In this document: in pieces, positions 9,367 through 19,111 of the stretch | Position numbering within the stretch: the stretch's first letter is position 1 | Layout: every line of letters begins with the position of its first letter | Position numbers and translations under genes: made by a program | Assembly: GCA_030429235.1 (NCBI GenBank) | Contig: JAUIDB010000001.1 | Location: 157,696-221,695, forward strand | Source: Thermoanaerobaculia bacterium | Lineage (GTDB): Bacteria; Acidobacteriota; Thermoanaerobaculia; Multivoradales; JAIOJS01 | Direction: 5' to 3' | DNA length: 64,000 nt | Notes under the pieces: model-generated | Told to the model about the DNA's origin: nothing | What the model saw: only the letters and a program-made list of their open reading frames with translations | The model's database searches: none

Positions 9367-9975
9367 TCAGATCCGCGCCAGCTGTTTCAGGGCGAGCCGC
9401 AGCCGGGTGCCGAGTTCCGCCTCCGGGTCCGTTTCGGCCACCGCGGCGATGGCGCGTTCGATCTCACGCGTCCGGTAGCCGAGACTCTCGAGCGCGGCGG
9501 CGAGGTCGGCGTCGGCGCTGGTGGGCGCGGCGGGAGCCGGAGTGCCGAGCGGTCCACCGTCGGCCAGGTCGGAGACCTTGTCTCGGAGTTCGAGGATCAT
9601 CCTTTCGGCCGTCTTCTTGCCGACGCCGGGAGTGGTGGCGAGGCGAGCCGCGTCCCCCGCCCTCAGGGCGGCGATCAGGTCGGCGGGTGGCAGGCCCGAG
9701 AGGATCACGCGGCCCAGTTTGGGCCCGATGCCACTGACCGCGATCAGGCGCTCGAAGAGGGTTCGTTCGAGTGGCTCCGAAAAGCCGAAGAGGTCGAGGG
9801 AGTCTTCGCGGACGTGGGTGTGGATGTGGAGGGCGACCTCTCCCCCGAGACCGATCGATTCGAGGCGGTAGTAAGTCGACAGGGGGACCTGGACACGGTA
9901 GCCCACCCCGGCGACGTCGACCACCGCAGCCTCGGGCCTCAGTCCGAGGAGCTGCCCACGCAGATGGGCGATCAC
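9367..9975 (-). CDS. ruvA: Holliday junction DNA helicase subunit RuvA
   Basis: [13 protein letters not shown]...HhH motifs [14 protein letters not shown]...[19 protein letters not shown] start at 9973-9975; the track ORF extends 25 codons upstream. Confidence 0.9.
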   Translation of the reverse strand: MIAHLRGQLLGLRPEAAVVDVAGVGYRVQVPLSTYYRLESIGLGGEVALHIHTHVREDSLDLFGFSEPLERTLFERLIAVSGIGPKLGRVILSGLPPADLIAALRAGDAARLATTPGVGKKTAERMILELRDKVSDLADGGPLGTPAPAAPTSADADLAAALESLGYRTREIERAIAAVAETDPEAELGTRLRLALKQLARI

Positions 9976-10000
9976 CGGGGAAGCCCTGCCGGTCCCAGGA

Positions 10001-11938
10001 TCAGCCCTGCTGGTCGCTGTCCAGCAGGTCCCACGACTCGAGCAGGCCACGGTCGTATTCGACCCCGAGCTGGTCCTTGCGCTGGTTGATCAACGAGGTC
10101 AAGGTGGCCTGCAGCTGCTCCCGAACCATCTGGCGACGGATCTGCGGACGCTGCGTTTCGAACTCGTCACTCGAGAAGCGGCGACGCTGGGTCACCTGGT
10201 AGAGGATCGCCTTGTCTCCGACCAGGGTCGGCTCGCCGAGCGAGCCCTCTTCGGAAGCGAAGATCGCCTCCGAGAGTTCCGGGGCGGCGCCCAGCTGGGG
10301 GATGTTCGGTGCGGGGGCGAAGCTCGGACTGTCGACGATCTCCTGTCCTAGGGCCTCGGCGACGGCGGCGACTGGATCTTCGGCCTCGGCCGCAGCTTCG
10401 TAGGCCGCGACGACTCTCGCCAGAGCCAGGTCGGCGGCGCGCTGCTCGACCAGGTCGCGGCGAACCTGTCCCCTGACCTCGTCGAGCTCGGGTAGGTGTT
10501 CGGCGATGATTTCGGAAAGCTGCAGCACGACCCAACCCCGGCCGACCTGGGCCGGTTCGGTGAGGCCGTCGATGTCGAGGGCGAAGACCTGGGGATTGAG
10601 CGCCGGAGCGTTGCCGAGCGGGAGAATCGCACCCTCCTGTCGGAAGGGCCTGGTCTCGCCGATCTCGTAGGCGTCGTCGCTGGCGGCGATCTCATCGAAG
10701 CTACGCGGTGCCTCGCCGGTCAGTTCGGCGTGTAGCTCGCGGATCAGTTCCTCGGTTCGCGTGGCGGCGCGCTCCGCCGCCAGCCGGTTCTGGATCAGCT
10801 CAGTCACCTCTTCGAGCGGCCGCTGACGCTCCGGCTTGTGGTCCTGGACCTCGATGATGTGGAAGCCGAACTGCGTTTCCGTGGGCCCGATCAAGCTTCC
10901 GGCCTCGGCGCCGAAGACGGCCGTCTCGAACGGAGCGACCATCCGGCCGCGACCGAAGTACCCGAGGTCGCCGCCGCGAGTCTTGCTGCCCGGGTCGTCC
11001 GACAGCTCGCGAGCCACGGCCGCGAAGTCCTCGCCGGCCTCGATCCGTTCCCGGGTCGTCTGGGCCAGAGCCCGCGCCGCCTCCGGGCCGCGTTCGGCGT
11101 TGGCGATCAGGATGTGGCGGGCCTTGACCTGCTCCTGCTCGAAGTAGTCGGCTTCGTTCTCGGCGTAGAAGGCGGCGATCTCGTCGGCCGGAATCTCCAG
11201 ACTTTCGCGGACCGTGCGGCTGTTGACCAGCAGGAACCTGGCGGTGCGCTCCTCCGGCACGGTGTACTCCTCGCGCCGCGAGGCGAAGAACTCCTCGACC
11301 TCCTGTGGGGTGGGCTTCACCTCGCTCCGAAGCTGCGTCGCGGGCAGGGTGACGTAGCGAATCGAGGCACGCTCGACCTGGTCGCGATAGCGCTGTTCGA
11401 TCTCCCGCTCGGACACCGCGAGCGAGCTCTCGACGGTGGTGACGAACCGTTGCATCAACAGCTGCTCGCGGATCTCGGCCTCGAAGCTGTCGGGCGTGTA
11501 GTTATTGCGCCGCAGGAAACGATCGTAGGCTTCCTGACCGACGAAGCGGCCGCCGTCGTTGAACGCGGGCAGGTCGAGGATGTACCGCCGGAGTTCTTCG
11601 TCGCTCACCCGCAGGTCCATGCGGGCGGCCTCGGCCAGGAGGACCTTGCGGTCGATGACCTGGTTGAGAGCCTGCATCGGAAGCCGCATCTGCTCTGCCA
11701 ACTCCGGAGTGAACTGCTCACCCAGTCGGTTGCGCATGTCGGCTTCGAGGTTGCGGTGCTCGCGTTCGAGTTCGCGGTACGTCACCGACTGGTCCCCGAC
11801 CGTGGCGGCGGCCCGGTTCGGCTGGGCCCCTGGCATGCTGCCTCCGAAGTCGACGAAGACGAAGAGGATGAAGACGGCGATGACGGCCCACAGAATCCAG
11901 GCCAGGTATTTCATCGAATCGCGGAGAACTTTGAGCAT
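10001..11938 (-). CDS. Membrane-anchored periplasmic chaperone/peptidyl-prolyl isomerase (PpiD/SurA-like, parvulin domain)
   Basis: N-terminal TM MLKVLRDSMKYLAWILWAVIAVFILFVF. Parvulin PPIase block KARHILIAN...GGDLGYFGRGRMVAPFE. ATG at 11936-11938. Confidence 0.75.
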   Translation of the reverse strand: MLKVLRDSMKYLAWILWAVIAVFILFVFVDFGGSMPGAQPNRAAATVGDQSVTYRELEREHRNLEADMRNRLGEQFTPELAEQMRLPMQALNQVIDRKVLLAEAARMDLRVSDEELRRYILDLPAFNDGGRFVGQEAYDRFLRRNNYTPDSFEAEIREQLLMQRFVTTVESSLAVSEREIEQRYRDQVERASIRYVTLPATQLRSEVKPTPQEVEEFFASRREEYTVPEERTARFLLVNSRTVRESLEIPADEIAAFYAENEADYFEQEQVKARHILIANAERGPEAARALAQTTRERIEAGEDFAAVARELSDDPGSKTRGGDLGYFGRGRMVAPFETAVFGAEAGSLIGPTETQFGFHIIEVQDHKPERQRPLEEVTELIQNRLAAERAATRTEELIRELHAELTGEAPRSFDEIAASDDAYEIGETRPFRQEGAILPLGNAPALNPQVFALDIDGLTEPAQVGRGWVVLQLSEIIAEHLPELDEVRGQVRRDLVEQRAADLALARVVAAYEAAAEAEDPVAAVAEALGQEIVDSPSFAPAPNIPQLGAAPELSEAIFASEEGSLGEPTLVGDKAILYQVTQRRRFSSDEFETQRPQIRRQMVREQLQATLTSLINQRKDQLGVEYDRGLLESWDLLDSDQQG

Positions 11939-12128
11939 CGGTGGTTCCTTATGGCGGCGGGCACAGCGGTGCCCAGAGGGGACCCGGCACTCTAGCAGTC
12001 GCAAGGGGAGGTGGCAAGCCAGGCCGCGGGCAGTGGCAAGCCGACGGTGCCGGGGTGGCTGCTGCCTGATCCGAAGAAGAGGGCTCGATCTGGTACGATA
12101 ATCGTTCGTTCACGTCTGGAGACCGACC

Positions 12129-13562
12129 TTGCCGCAACTGGAAGACAAGCGCAGCGCCAAGCAGCGAGACTGGTACAAGGTCTCGGTCGACACCCTTCGC
12201 GGCTGGTTGATCTTCTTCGGGTTGCTCGGCCTGGCCGGAGCGGGATACTTCGGCCTGCAGTACGTCGAACGACAGGGCCTGCGGGACGAGGCCGCCCGAG
12301 TACTCGACGAGAGTGGAGTCCTGTTCCAGCAACTGCGGGGCGAGGTCGGCGGCGGCGCCTTCCTGGCGGAATACGAAGCAGCCTGGTCGGATCTCGAAGC
12401 GGCGCGCCAGTACTTCGGCGAACGCCACTACCGCAGCGCGTTGGATCTCGGTCGGAGGAGTCGGGACGTCCTGCTGTCGATCCGAGATGCCGCCCGCGAA
12501 GGCGATGGGGGCGGCGAGGCCGAGTTCATCGCCGTGCAAGGCAGGGTCGAGTATCGCCGGGGCGAGCGAGGCCAGTGGCGAGCCGCTCGCAGCCGGCAGA
12601 GCCTCGACTCCGGTGACTACGTCAAGACCTCGGACGGCGGCTCGGCGGAGATCATGTTCGAAGACGGGACGCTGTACACGGTGCGACCGAACACCCTGTT
12701 CCTGGTCAGCCGATCGTCGGCCTCGGCCACCGGGCAGCAGACGATCTCCCTCGAGTACGGCTGGGTGAACCTCAATACCGCACGGCGGCCCAACCGGGTG
12801 GAGACGCCAGCTTCGGAGGCGCGCGTCCAGGACGACTCACAAGCGGTGGTGGCGTACGACGAAGTGGGACGTCAGGCCCGGGTCACGGCGTTTCGGGGCT
12901 CGGTCGAGGTGCGCTCGGGGGGCGAGACCCGCCAGTTGCAGGCGCTACAGACGGTGGCTGGGAGCAGCGAGGGGCTGGCCGACACCGAAGACCTGCCGCC
13001 GGCGCCGCTGCTGTTGACTCCCGGCGAAAACCAGGACTTCGACATCGATTCGCGTCAGGAGATGCTGATGAGCTGGCAGGCGGTGCGGGGTGCCGACCGC
13101 TATGCCCTCCAGGTATCGCGCAACCGACTCTTCGTGGACAACATCATCGACGTGGGGGATCGGGGGAGCGTCGAAGCTACCGTCGGCATGCGCGGCGAGG
13201 GGAGCTTTTTCTGGCGGGTTGCCGCGATCGGCGCCTCCGGGGTACAGGGACCGTGGAGTACTCCCTCGCGGTTTCGAGTGGCCTCCCTGAGTGGCGGCCA
13301 GGGGGAGGAGGATCGCGAGCCACCCGAGGTGTCGATCGACGACATCCAGGCCTACGGCAGCATCTTCATCGTGCGGGGAGCTACCGAGCCCGGGGCGGCG
13401 GTCCGGGTCAACACCGACTCGGTCGTGGTCGAGGCGGACGGGACCTTCACCAAGACCATCCAGCTGGTGCAGGCGGGCTGGGACTTCATCGAGGTCGAAG
13501 CGGTGGACTCCTCGGGCAACGAGGCGATCGCCCGACGTCGCGTCTACGTCTACGGTCTCTGA
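12129..13562 (+). CDS. Membrane-anchored periplasmic protein with a FecR-like domain and C-terminal Ig/FN3-like beta domains
   Basis: N-terminal TM WLIFFGLLGLAGAGYFGL. FecR-like block GDYVKTSDGGSAEIMFEDGTLYTVRPNTLFLV. C-terminal beta-rich repeats. It sits immediately upstream of mreB. Confidence 0.5.
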   Translation: MPQLEDKRSAKQRDWYKVSVDTLRGWLIFFGLLGLAGAGYFGLQYVERQGLRDEAARVLDESGVLFQQLRGEVGGGAFLAEYEAAWSDLEAARQYFGERHYRSALDLGRRSRDVLLSIRDAAREGDGGGEAEFIAVQGRVEYRRGERGQWRAARSRQSLDSGDYVKTSDGGSAEIMFEDGTLYTVRPNTLFLVSRSSASATGQQTISLEYGWVNLNTARRPNRVETPASEARVQDDSQAVVAYDEVGRQARVTAFRGSVEVRSGGETRQLQALQTVAGSSEGLADTEDLPPAPLLLTPGENQDFDIDSRQEMLMSWQAVRGADRYALQVSRNRLFVDNIIDVGDRGSVEATVGMRGEGSFFWRVAAIGASGVQGPWSTPSRFRVASLSGGQGEEDREPPEVSIDDIQAYGSIFIVRGATEPGAAVRVNTDSVVVEADGTFTKTIQLVQAGWDFIEVEAVDSSGNEAIARRRVYVYGL

Positions 13563-13706
13563 CCTGCGGCCGAGTCGGGGCTGGCACTAGCGGCCCCGGT
13601 TCCATAGACTTGCACGCTGCGCGCCACCGTTCGATCGGTGGTCGATCCACGCAGACTCCGCCCTCCGCGCCGACGTCCGGCCGTTCGCCCACCCAGAGGT
13701 TCGTCC

Positions 13707-14732
13707 ATGCCCATAGGCTCCATACTCCGCTACTTTTCCAACGATCTGGCGATCGATCTCGGTACCGCCAACACGCTCGTTTTTGGTCGCAACAAGGGGA
13801 TCGTGGTGCGCGAGCCTTCGGTGGTGGTCATCAACAAGCTGACCAACAAGGTGGAAGCGGTCGGGGCCGAAGCCAAGGAGATGTTGGGTCGGACCCCCGG
13901 CAACATCGAGCCCATCCGACCGATGAAGGATGGTGTGATCGCCGACTTCGAAGTGACCGAGAAGATGCTGGACCACTTCATCCGCAAGGCCCATGGTGGC
14001 CGTCGCCTGGTGCGCCCGCGGATCGTCATCGGCGTCCCGTCCGAGATCACTCAAGTGGAGAAGCGAGCGGTACGCGACTCGGCCGAGCGCGCTGGGGCTT
14101 CGGAGGTCTTCCTGGTCGAGCAGGCGATGATGGCGGCGATCGGGGCAGGCCTGCCGATCACCGAGCCGTCGGGCAACATGATCGTCGACATCGGAGGTGG
14201 AACGACCGACGTGGCCGTCATCTCTCTGGCCGGCACGGTCTACAGTCGCTCGGTCCGCGTCGCTGGTAACGAGATGGACGATGCGGTCATCCAGTTCCTG
14301 AAGCGCAAGTACAACCTGTTGATCGGCGAACGCACCGCGGAGACGATCAAGTGGGAACTCGGCTCTGCCTACGAGCTCAAGGACCCTCTCAAGATGGAGA
14401 TCAAGGGTCGCGACCTGGTCGAGGGGGTTCCCAAGAACCTCGAGATCTCGGACGAGGAGATCCGGACCGCACTAGCGGAGCCGGTGTCGACGATCGTCAA
14501 CGCCGTGCGGCAAGCCCTCGAACGCACCCCTCCGGAGCTGTCAGCCGACATCATGGACCGGGGTATCGTGCTGTCGGGGGGAGGTGCTCTCTTGCGCAAC
14601 CTCGACCAGCGCCTGCGCGAAGAGACCGGGCTGCCGGTGGTGCTCGCCGAAGATCCGTTGGCGTCGGTGGTACTGGGTGCCGGTCGGGTTCTCGAGGACT
14701 TCGACCTGCTGCGGAAAGTCTCGATCGTCTAG
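13707..14732 (+). CDS. mreB: Rod shape-determining protein MreB
   Basis: DLAIDLGTANTLV...GVVVREPSVV...actin-fold motifs. ATG at 13707. Confidence 0.95.
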   Translation: MPIGSILRYFSNDLAIDLGTANTLVFGRNKGIVVREPSVVVINKLTNKVEAVGAEAKEMLGRTPGNIEPIRPMKDGVIADFEVTEKMLDHFIRKAHGGRRLVRPRIVIGVPSEITQVEKRAVRDSAERAGASEVFLVEQAMMAAIGAGLPITEPSGNMIVDIGGGTTDVAVISLAGTVYSRSVRVAGNEMDDAVIQFLKRKYNLLIGERTAETIKWELGSAYELKDPLKMEIKGRDLVEGVPKNLEISDEEIRTALAEPVSTIVNAVRQALERTPPELSADIMDRGIVLSGGGALLRNLDQRLREETGLPVVLAEDPLASVVLGAGRVLEDFDLLRKVSIV

Positions 14733-14766
14733 CGATGGCGCTAGCCGGGCCAGCGAGCACGGACGA

Positions 14767-15606
14767 GTGAGCGGACGCCAAGCCCGTTGGCTTCTGGTCG
14801 TCCTGCTGATCGGCGAGTTCGTCGTCCTGTCGCGCCAACTGGCGACCACCGAGAGCGGCCCTTCGCTCCTCGAGCGGATGACGGTGCGGGCGCTGGGCCC
14901 GCTGGCCCACGCGGTGACCGGGGCCGAAGGCCAGCTTTCCGGTTTCGTCGAGCGCCGACGGCGGAGTCGAACCCTGCGCGAAGAGAACCGGCGACTGCAG
15001 CAGCGGGTCGCGGAGATGGAGCGTGAGCTCTTGCGGCGGCAGTCGGTGGAACTGGACTTCCAACGGCTGGCGGCCGCGGTGCGGTACTCGCGCGAGGCCA
15101 GTCGCGACCTCCAGGTCGGTGACGTGGTCTACCTCGATCACGCTTCGGCGCGGCGGTCGATTCTGGTAGCGATCGGGGGCGGCGCCGAGGTCGGCCAAAC
15201 CGTAGTCGATGCCTCGGGTGTCGTGGGTCGGGTGGTGGTCGCGAGTGGTCGCTACGCCAAGGTGCAGCTGGTGACGGATCCCGCCTCGGCGGTCGGCGCC
15301 ATGCTGGAGCGCAGCCGGCGTCAAGGCGTGGCCCGGGGGGCGGGGGCCGGAACGCTGCGTCTGGAGTACGTGCCGTCCACGGCCGAAGTTCGGGTCGGCG
15401 ACCGAGTCGTCAGCGCGGGGATCGACGGCATCTATCCCCGGGGTCTTCCTCTGGGCACGGTCGAGGAGGTCACGCCCGGCAACGACCTGTTCTTGCGGAT
15501 CCGCTTGCGGCCAGCCGTCGACTTCGGCCTGCTCGATACCGTGTACGTTCTGCCACCGGTGGAACGTCCCTTCGAAGAAGGAGGAGCCCCCGATGCTCTT
15601 CCTTAG
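14767..15606 (+). CDS. mreC: Rod shape-determining protein MreC
   Basis: GTG start VSGRQARWLLVVLLIGEFVV (TM), a coiled-coil, and a beta-rich C-terminus GIYPRGLPLGTV. Operon position after mreB. Confidence 0.8.
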   Translation: MSGRQARWLLVVLLIGEFVVLSRQLATTESGPSLLERMTVRALGPLAHAVTGAEGQLSGFVERRRRSRTLREENRRLQQRVAEMERELLRRQSVELDFQRLAAAVRYSREASRDLQVGDVVYLDHASARRSILVAIGGGAEVGQTVVDASGVVGRVVVASGRYAKVQLVTDPASAVGAMLERSRRQGVARGAGAGTLRLEYVPSTAEVRVGDRVVSAGIDGIYPRGLPLGTVEEVTPGNDLFLRIRLRPAVDFGLLDTVYVLPPVERPFEEGGAPDALP

Positions 15607-16117
15607 GAGCGCGTTGGCGCTGCTCGTCGCGACCTTTCTGCAGATCGTTCTGCAACAACTCGGCAACCTCTGGGGCCGCGGCGTGGCCTCGGCGGTCGAT
15701 CTACTCCTGGTCGTCGTGGTCTGGATTGCCCTCGCCTCGGGACCGGGGGCCGGCCAGATCGTGGGGATGGTGGCTGGCTTCCTCGCCGATGGGTTGGCGG
15801 GAGGGCTCTACGGCTTGCAAGCGATCGCCAACACCGTCGTCGGGTACGGTGCCGCGGTGGTTCGGCAGCGAGTGGTTCTGCAACGCGGGGTTCTGATCCT
15901 CGTCTTTGCCGGTGCGGCCCTGGTCCAGCAGTTGGTCGTGGCCCTGTTGCAGTTCCTACTGGTCGCCGAGCCGGAGGTCGCCAGCCTGCCTTCGGTACTG
16001 GCTCGGGTCGTGGCCACCGCAGCCCTGGGGGCGCTGCTCCTCAGTCTCGAGGGGCGCGTCCAGAGTGGCTGGCGGGGGTGGCAACGGAGACGCCACTCGC
16101 GGCTGCGACTTCGCTGA
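15593..16117 (+). CDS. mreD: Rod shape-determining protein MreD
   Basis: 174-aa polytopic membrane protein. Overlaps the mreC stop. Operon position. Confidence 0.7.
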   Translation: MLFLRSALALLVATFLQIVLQQLGNLWGRGVASAVDLLLVVVVWIALASGPGAGQIVGMVAGFLADGLAGGLYGLQAIANTVVGYGAAVVRQRVVLQRGVLILVFAGAALVQQLVVALLQFLLVAEPEVASLPSVLARVVATAALGALLLSLEGRVQSGWRGWQRRRHSRLRLR

Positions 16118-16164
16118 CCGATCCCCGTCGTCGGGTCGCATCGGCACAGGGTTAGACTTGGCCG

Positions 16165-17958
16165 ATGGCGGTCGTCGTTCGGACCCGAGAACACCGGGAA
16201 GCGATGGTGGGGCGCGTTCAGCTCCTAGCCCTGCTCCTGGCGGGCGGAATGGTCTTCGTGTTGACCAGCTACTGGTTTGTGCAGGGAGTCCAGGGAGGAC
16301 AGTTCCGACAGTTGGCCGAGAACAACCGCCTGCGCGAGCTGGCGCTGCAAGCGCCCCGAGGAATCGTCGAGGACCGCGACGGACGGCCGCTGGCCGAGAA
16401 CATCCCGAGCTACAGCCTGCGCCTCGATCGCTCGGCGGTGGTGGACCTCGAAGAGAGCCTGGCGTTCGCCGCTCTGCAGCTCGACGAGAGTGTGGTCACC
16501 TTGCGCAGCCGGCTCGAGGCGGATCGCGACCACGCTCGCCGGACCGCACGCCTGGCCGGCGGGCTGACGCTCGAGCAGGTAGCACACTTCGAAGCCGTGG
16601 CCCTGGAGCACCCAGAGTTCGAGACGGGAGTCGAGGACCTCCGGATCTATCGCCACCGAGAACAGACAGCCCACGTTTTGGGGTACCTGGGCGAGGTCAA
16701 CGCCGAGGAGCTCGCCAACCCCGACCTGGGGGTCCAGAGTGGCGAGTTGGTGGGTCGGCGAGGGATCGAGCGACGCTATCAGAGCCACCTGCGGGGTGAA
16801 CGGGGCGAACGGGTCGTCATCGTCGACAATCGTGGCCGCCCGGTGGGGGAGTACGACGAAGAGCTGCCGCGCGCCGGACGGGACCTTCGTCTGACCCTGG
16901 ACCTCGATCTGCAGCAGACCGCGCACCAGGCGCTGCGGGACAAGGTCGGGGCGATCGTCGTACTCCAGCCGCGGACCGGCGAGGTCTTGGCCATGGTCTC
17001 GTCCCCCTCGTACGACCCCAACCTTTTTGCGCGCCGGCTCGATCCGGTGGCCTGGCAGACGTTGATCGATCACGCCGACCATCCCCTGCAGAACCGCGTG
17101 CTGCAGAGCGCCTATCCACCCGGATCGATCTTCAAGATCGTCATGGGGCTGGGGGGTTTGCAGGAGGGGATCGTCTCGGCTTCGGACCGCGTCTACTGTG
17201 GTGGCTCCAAGGAGTACTACGGCCGCCGGTTCCGCTGCTGGAAGAGATCGGGTCATGGCTGGGTAGACCTCCAGCGGGCCATCCAGTACTCGTGCGACAT
17301 CTACTTCTACGACCTCGGCCAGGAGATGGGGGTCGAGCGGATTGCCGAGCATGCCCGACGCTTCGGCCTCGGAGAGCCGACGGGCATCGACCTGCACGGT
17401 GAACGGAGTGGACTGGTGCCCTCTCTGCGGTGGAGCCGAGAGCAGCGTGGCCACCCCTGGTACCCCGGAGAGACGATCTCCCTGTCGATCGGTCAGGGGC
17501 CGATTCTCACCACACCGCTGCAGGTCGCCGTGTTGACCGCTGCCTCCGCGACTCAGGGCGTTCTTCCGGTGCCCTGGCTGGCGCAGCCCGGCGAGACCTC
17601 GCGGCCGTCGGCAGACTACGCGCGGTCCAGCTGGCAACTGATGAGCCAGGCACTGCTCGACGTCGTCGAGGGCAAGGACGGCACGGGGTCCGAGGTGCGG
17701 TTGGAGGGTCTCTCGATCGCTGGCAAGACCGGTACCGTCCAGGTGGTGACCCAGAGCACCTGGGTCCGTTCGGAGGATCTGCCTCTGGCCGAGCGGGACC
17801 ACGCTTGGTTCACTTCGTACGCCCCGGCCGAGGACCCTCGACTGGTCGTGGTGGTGTTCGTTGAGCATGGGGGGGCGGGCTCGAGGGCCGCCGCCCCGAT
17901 CGCACGAGAGATTTATGCGACGGCAGTCGAGAAGTATTCCGATCTCCGGGATCTTTAG
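16165..17958 (+). CDS. mrdA: Penicillin-binding protein 2 (elongasome transpeptidase)
   Basis: SxxK motif SIFKIV, SxN, KTGT. 597 aa, following mreD. Confidence 0.9.
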   Translation: MAVVVRTREHREAMVGRVQLLALLLAGGMVFVLTSYWFVQGVQGGQFRQLAENNRLRELALQAPRGIVEDRDGRPLAENIPSYSLRLDRSAVVDLEESLAFAALQLDESVVTLRSRLEADRDHARRTARLAGGLTLEQVAHFEAVALEHPEFETGVEDLRIYRHREQTAHVLGYLGEVNAEELANPDLGVQSGELVGRRGIERRYQSHLRGERGERVVIVDNRGRPVGEYDEELPRAGRDLRLTLDLDLQQTAHQALRDKVGAIVVLQPRTGEVLAMVSSPSYDPNLFARRLDPVAWQTLIDHADHPLQNRVLQSAYPPGSIFKIVMGLGGLQEGIVSASDRVYCGGSKEYYGRRFRCWKRSGHGWVDLQRAIQYSCDIYFYDLGQEMGVERIAEHARRFGLGEPTGIDLHGERSGLVPSLRWSREQRGHPWYPGETISLSIGQGPILTTPLQVAVLTAASATQGVLPVPWLAQPGETSRPSADYARSSWQLMSQALLDVVEGKDGTGSEVRLEGLSIAGKTGTVQVVTQSTWVRSEDLPLAERDHAWFTSYAPAEDPRLVVVVFVEHGGAGSRAAAPIAREIYATAVEKYSDLRDL

Positions 17959-19066
17959 GCGCCCCGACACCGGCCCGATCGGCCGGCTGTCGACTGCCCG
18001 CTGGAGCGTACTGCTGTTCGCCCTGGCGCTGTCGGTGATCGGTCTGGTGACTGTGCGCAGTGCCGCTGCCGACCTGGCGGGTAGCTACCTGTCGCGCCAG
18101 GCGGTCTGGGTCGCTCTCGGACTGACGCTCTGCTTCATCATGCTGGTCTTCGACTACCAGCGCCTGGCCAGCCTGGCCCTGCCGATCTATCTCGGGGGCC
18201 TCGGACTGTTGGTGCTGGTGTTGATCCCCGGGGTCGGATTGGTCCGAGGGGGTGCCCGCAGTTGGCTGGGCATGGCGGGCTTCCAGATCCAGCCCTCGGA
18301 AGTGGCCAAGCTCACGACGGCGCTCTTTCTGGCTCGGTTTCTCGCCGGAGTGGCCGGCGAACGACTGCGAACCCGAGAGATTCTGCAAGCGGCCGCGATC
18401 GTGGCCCTACCGATGCTCCTCATCAAGCAGCAACCCGACCTCGGAAGTGCGGCCATGTTCGTGCCGATGTGGGCGGGCATGGTCTGGGTGGCCGGTGTTC
18501 GCTGGCAGTTCCTGGTCGGGGCCTTCCTACTCGCGCTGTGCGCCGGTGGTGCCATCTGGACCTTTGGGCTGCAGGACTACCAGCAGGAGCGGGTGTTGAC
18601 CTACCTGTCGCCGGAGCGAGATCCACACGGGGCGGGATACCAGGCCCGTCAGAGCAAGATCGCCGTCGGCTCGGGGGCGTTGAGTGGTCGCGGCTACGAA
18701 CAGGGGACCCAGAGCCAGCTCCGCTTCCTTCCCGCTCGACACACGGACTTCATCTTTGCGGTGTTGGCGGAAGAGTGGGGCTTCCTGGGGGTTTTCGTAA
18801 CGCTGTTCCTATACGGTCTCTTCTTCCTCAACGTAACGGAGGTGGCTGGTCGCGCCCGGGACCGACTCGGGATCCTCCTCGTCGTGGGCGTGGCTTCGAC
18901 CCTTGCCTTCCACGTGCTCTACAACACGGCGATGGTGATCGGGCGAGCACCCATCACCGGGATTCCGCTGCCGTTTCTATCCTACGGCGGCTCCTTCACC
19001 CTGTTCTGCTTTGCGGTGTGTGGGGTCGTGCTCAACGTCGACTATCGTCGCTACGTCAACCGTTGA
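17915..19066 (+). CDS. rodA: Peptidoglycan glycosyltransferase RodA (SEDS family)
   Basis: FtsW/RodA/SpoVE-family polytopic protein, C-terminus ...GIPLPFLSYGGSFTL. The start is uncertain. ATG at 17915 overlaps mrdA by 44 nt. The track start at 17861 is probably too early. Confidence 0.85.
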   Translation: MRRQSRSIPISGIFRRPDTGPIGRLSTARWSVLLFALALSVIGLVTVRSAAADLAGSYLSRQAVWVALGLTLCFIMLVFDYQRLASLALPIYLGGLGLLVLVLIPGVGLVRGGARSWLGMAGFQIQPSEVAKLTTALFLARFLAGVAGERLRTREILQAAAIVALPMLLIKQQPDLGSAAMFVPMWAGMVWVAGVRWQFLVGAFLLALCAGGAIWTFGLQDYQQERVLTYLSPERDPHGAGYQARQSKIAVGSGALSGRGYEQGTQSQLRFLPARHTDFIFAVLAEEWGFLGVFVTLFLYGLFFLNVTEVAGRARDRLGILLVVGVASTLAFHVLYNTAMVIGRAPITGIPLPFLSYGGSFTLFCFAVCGVVLNVDYRRYVNR

Positions 19067-19111
19067 TGCGGGCGCTATGATCGGCCCGGTCCGGAAGACC
19101 CGAGACAGTCG

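Noticed and set aside
16225-17970. 581-aa minus-strand ORF opposite mrdA
   Set aside because: Antisense to PBP2, which has intact SxxK/KTGT motifs.
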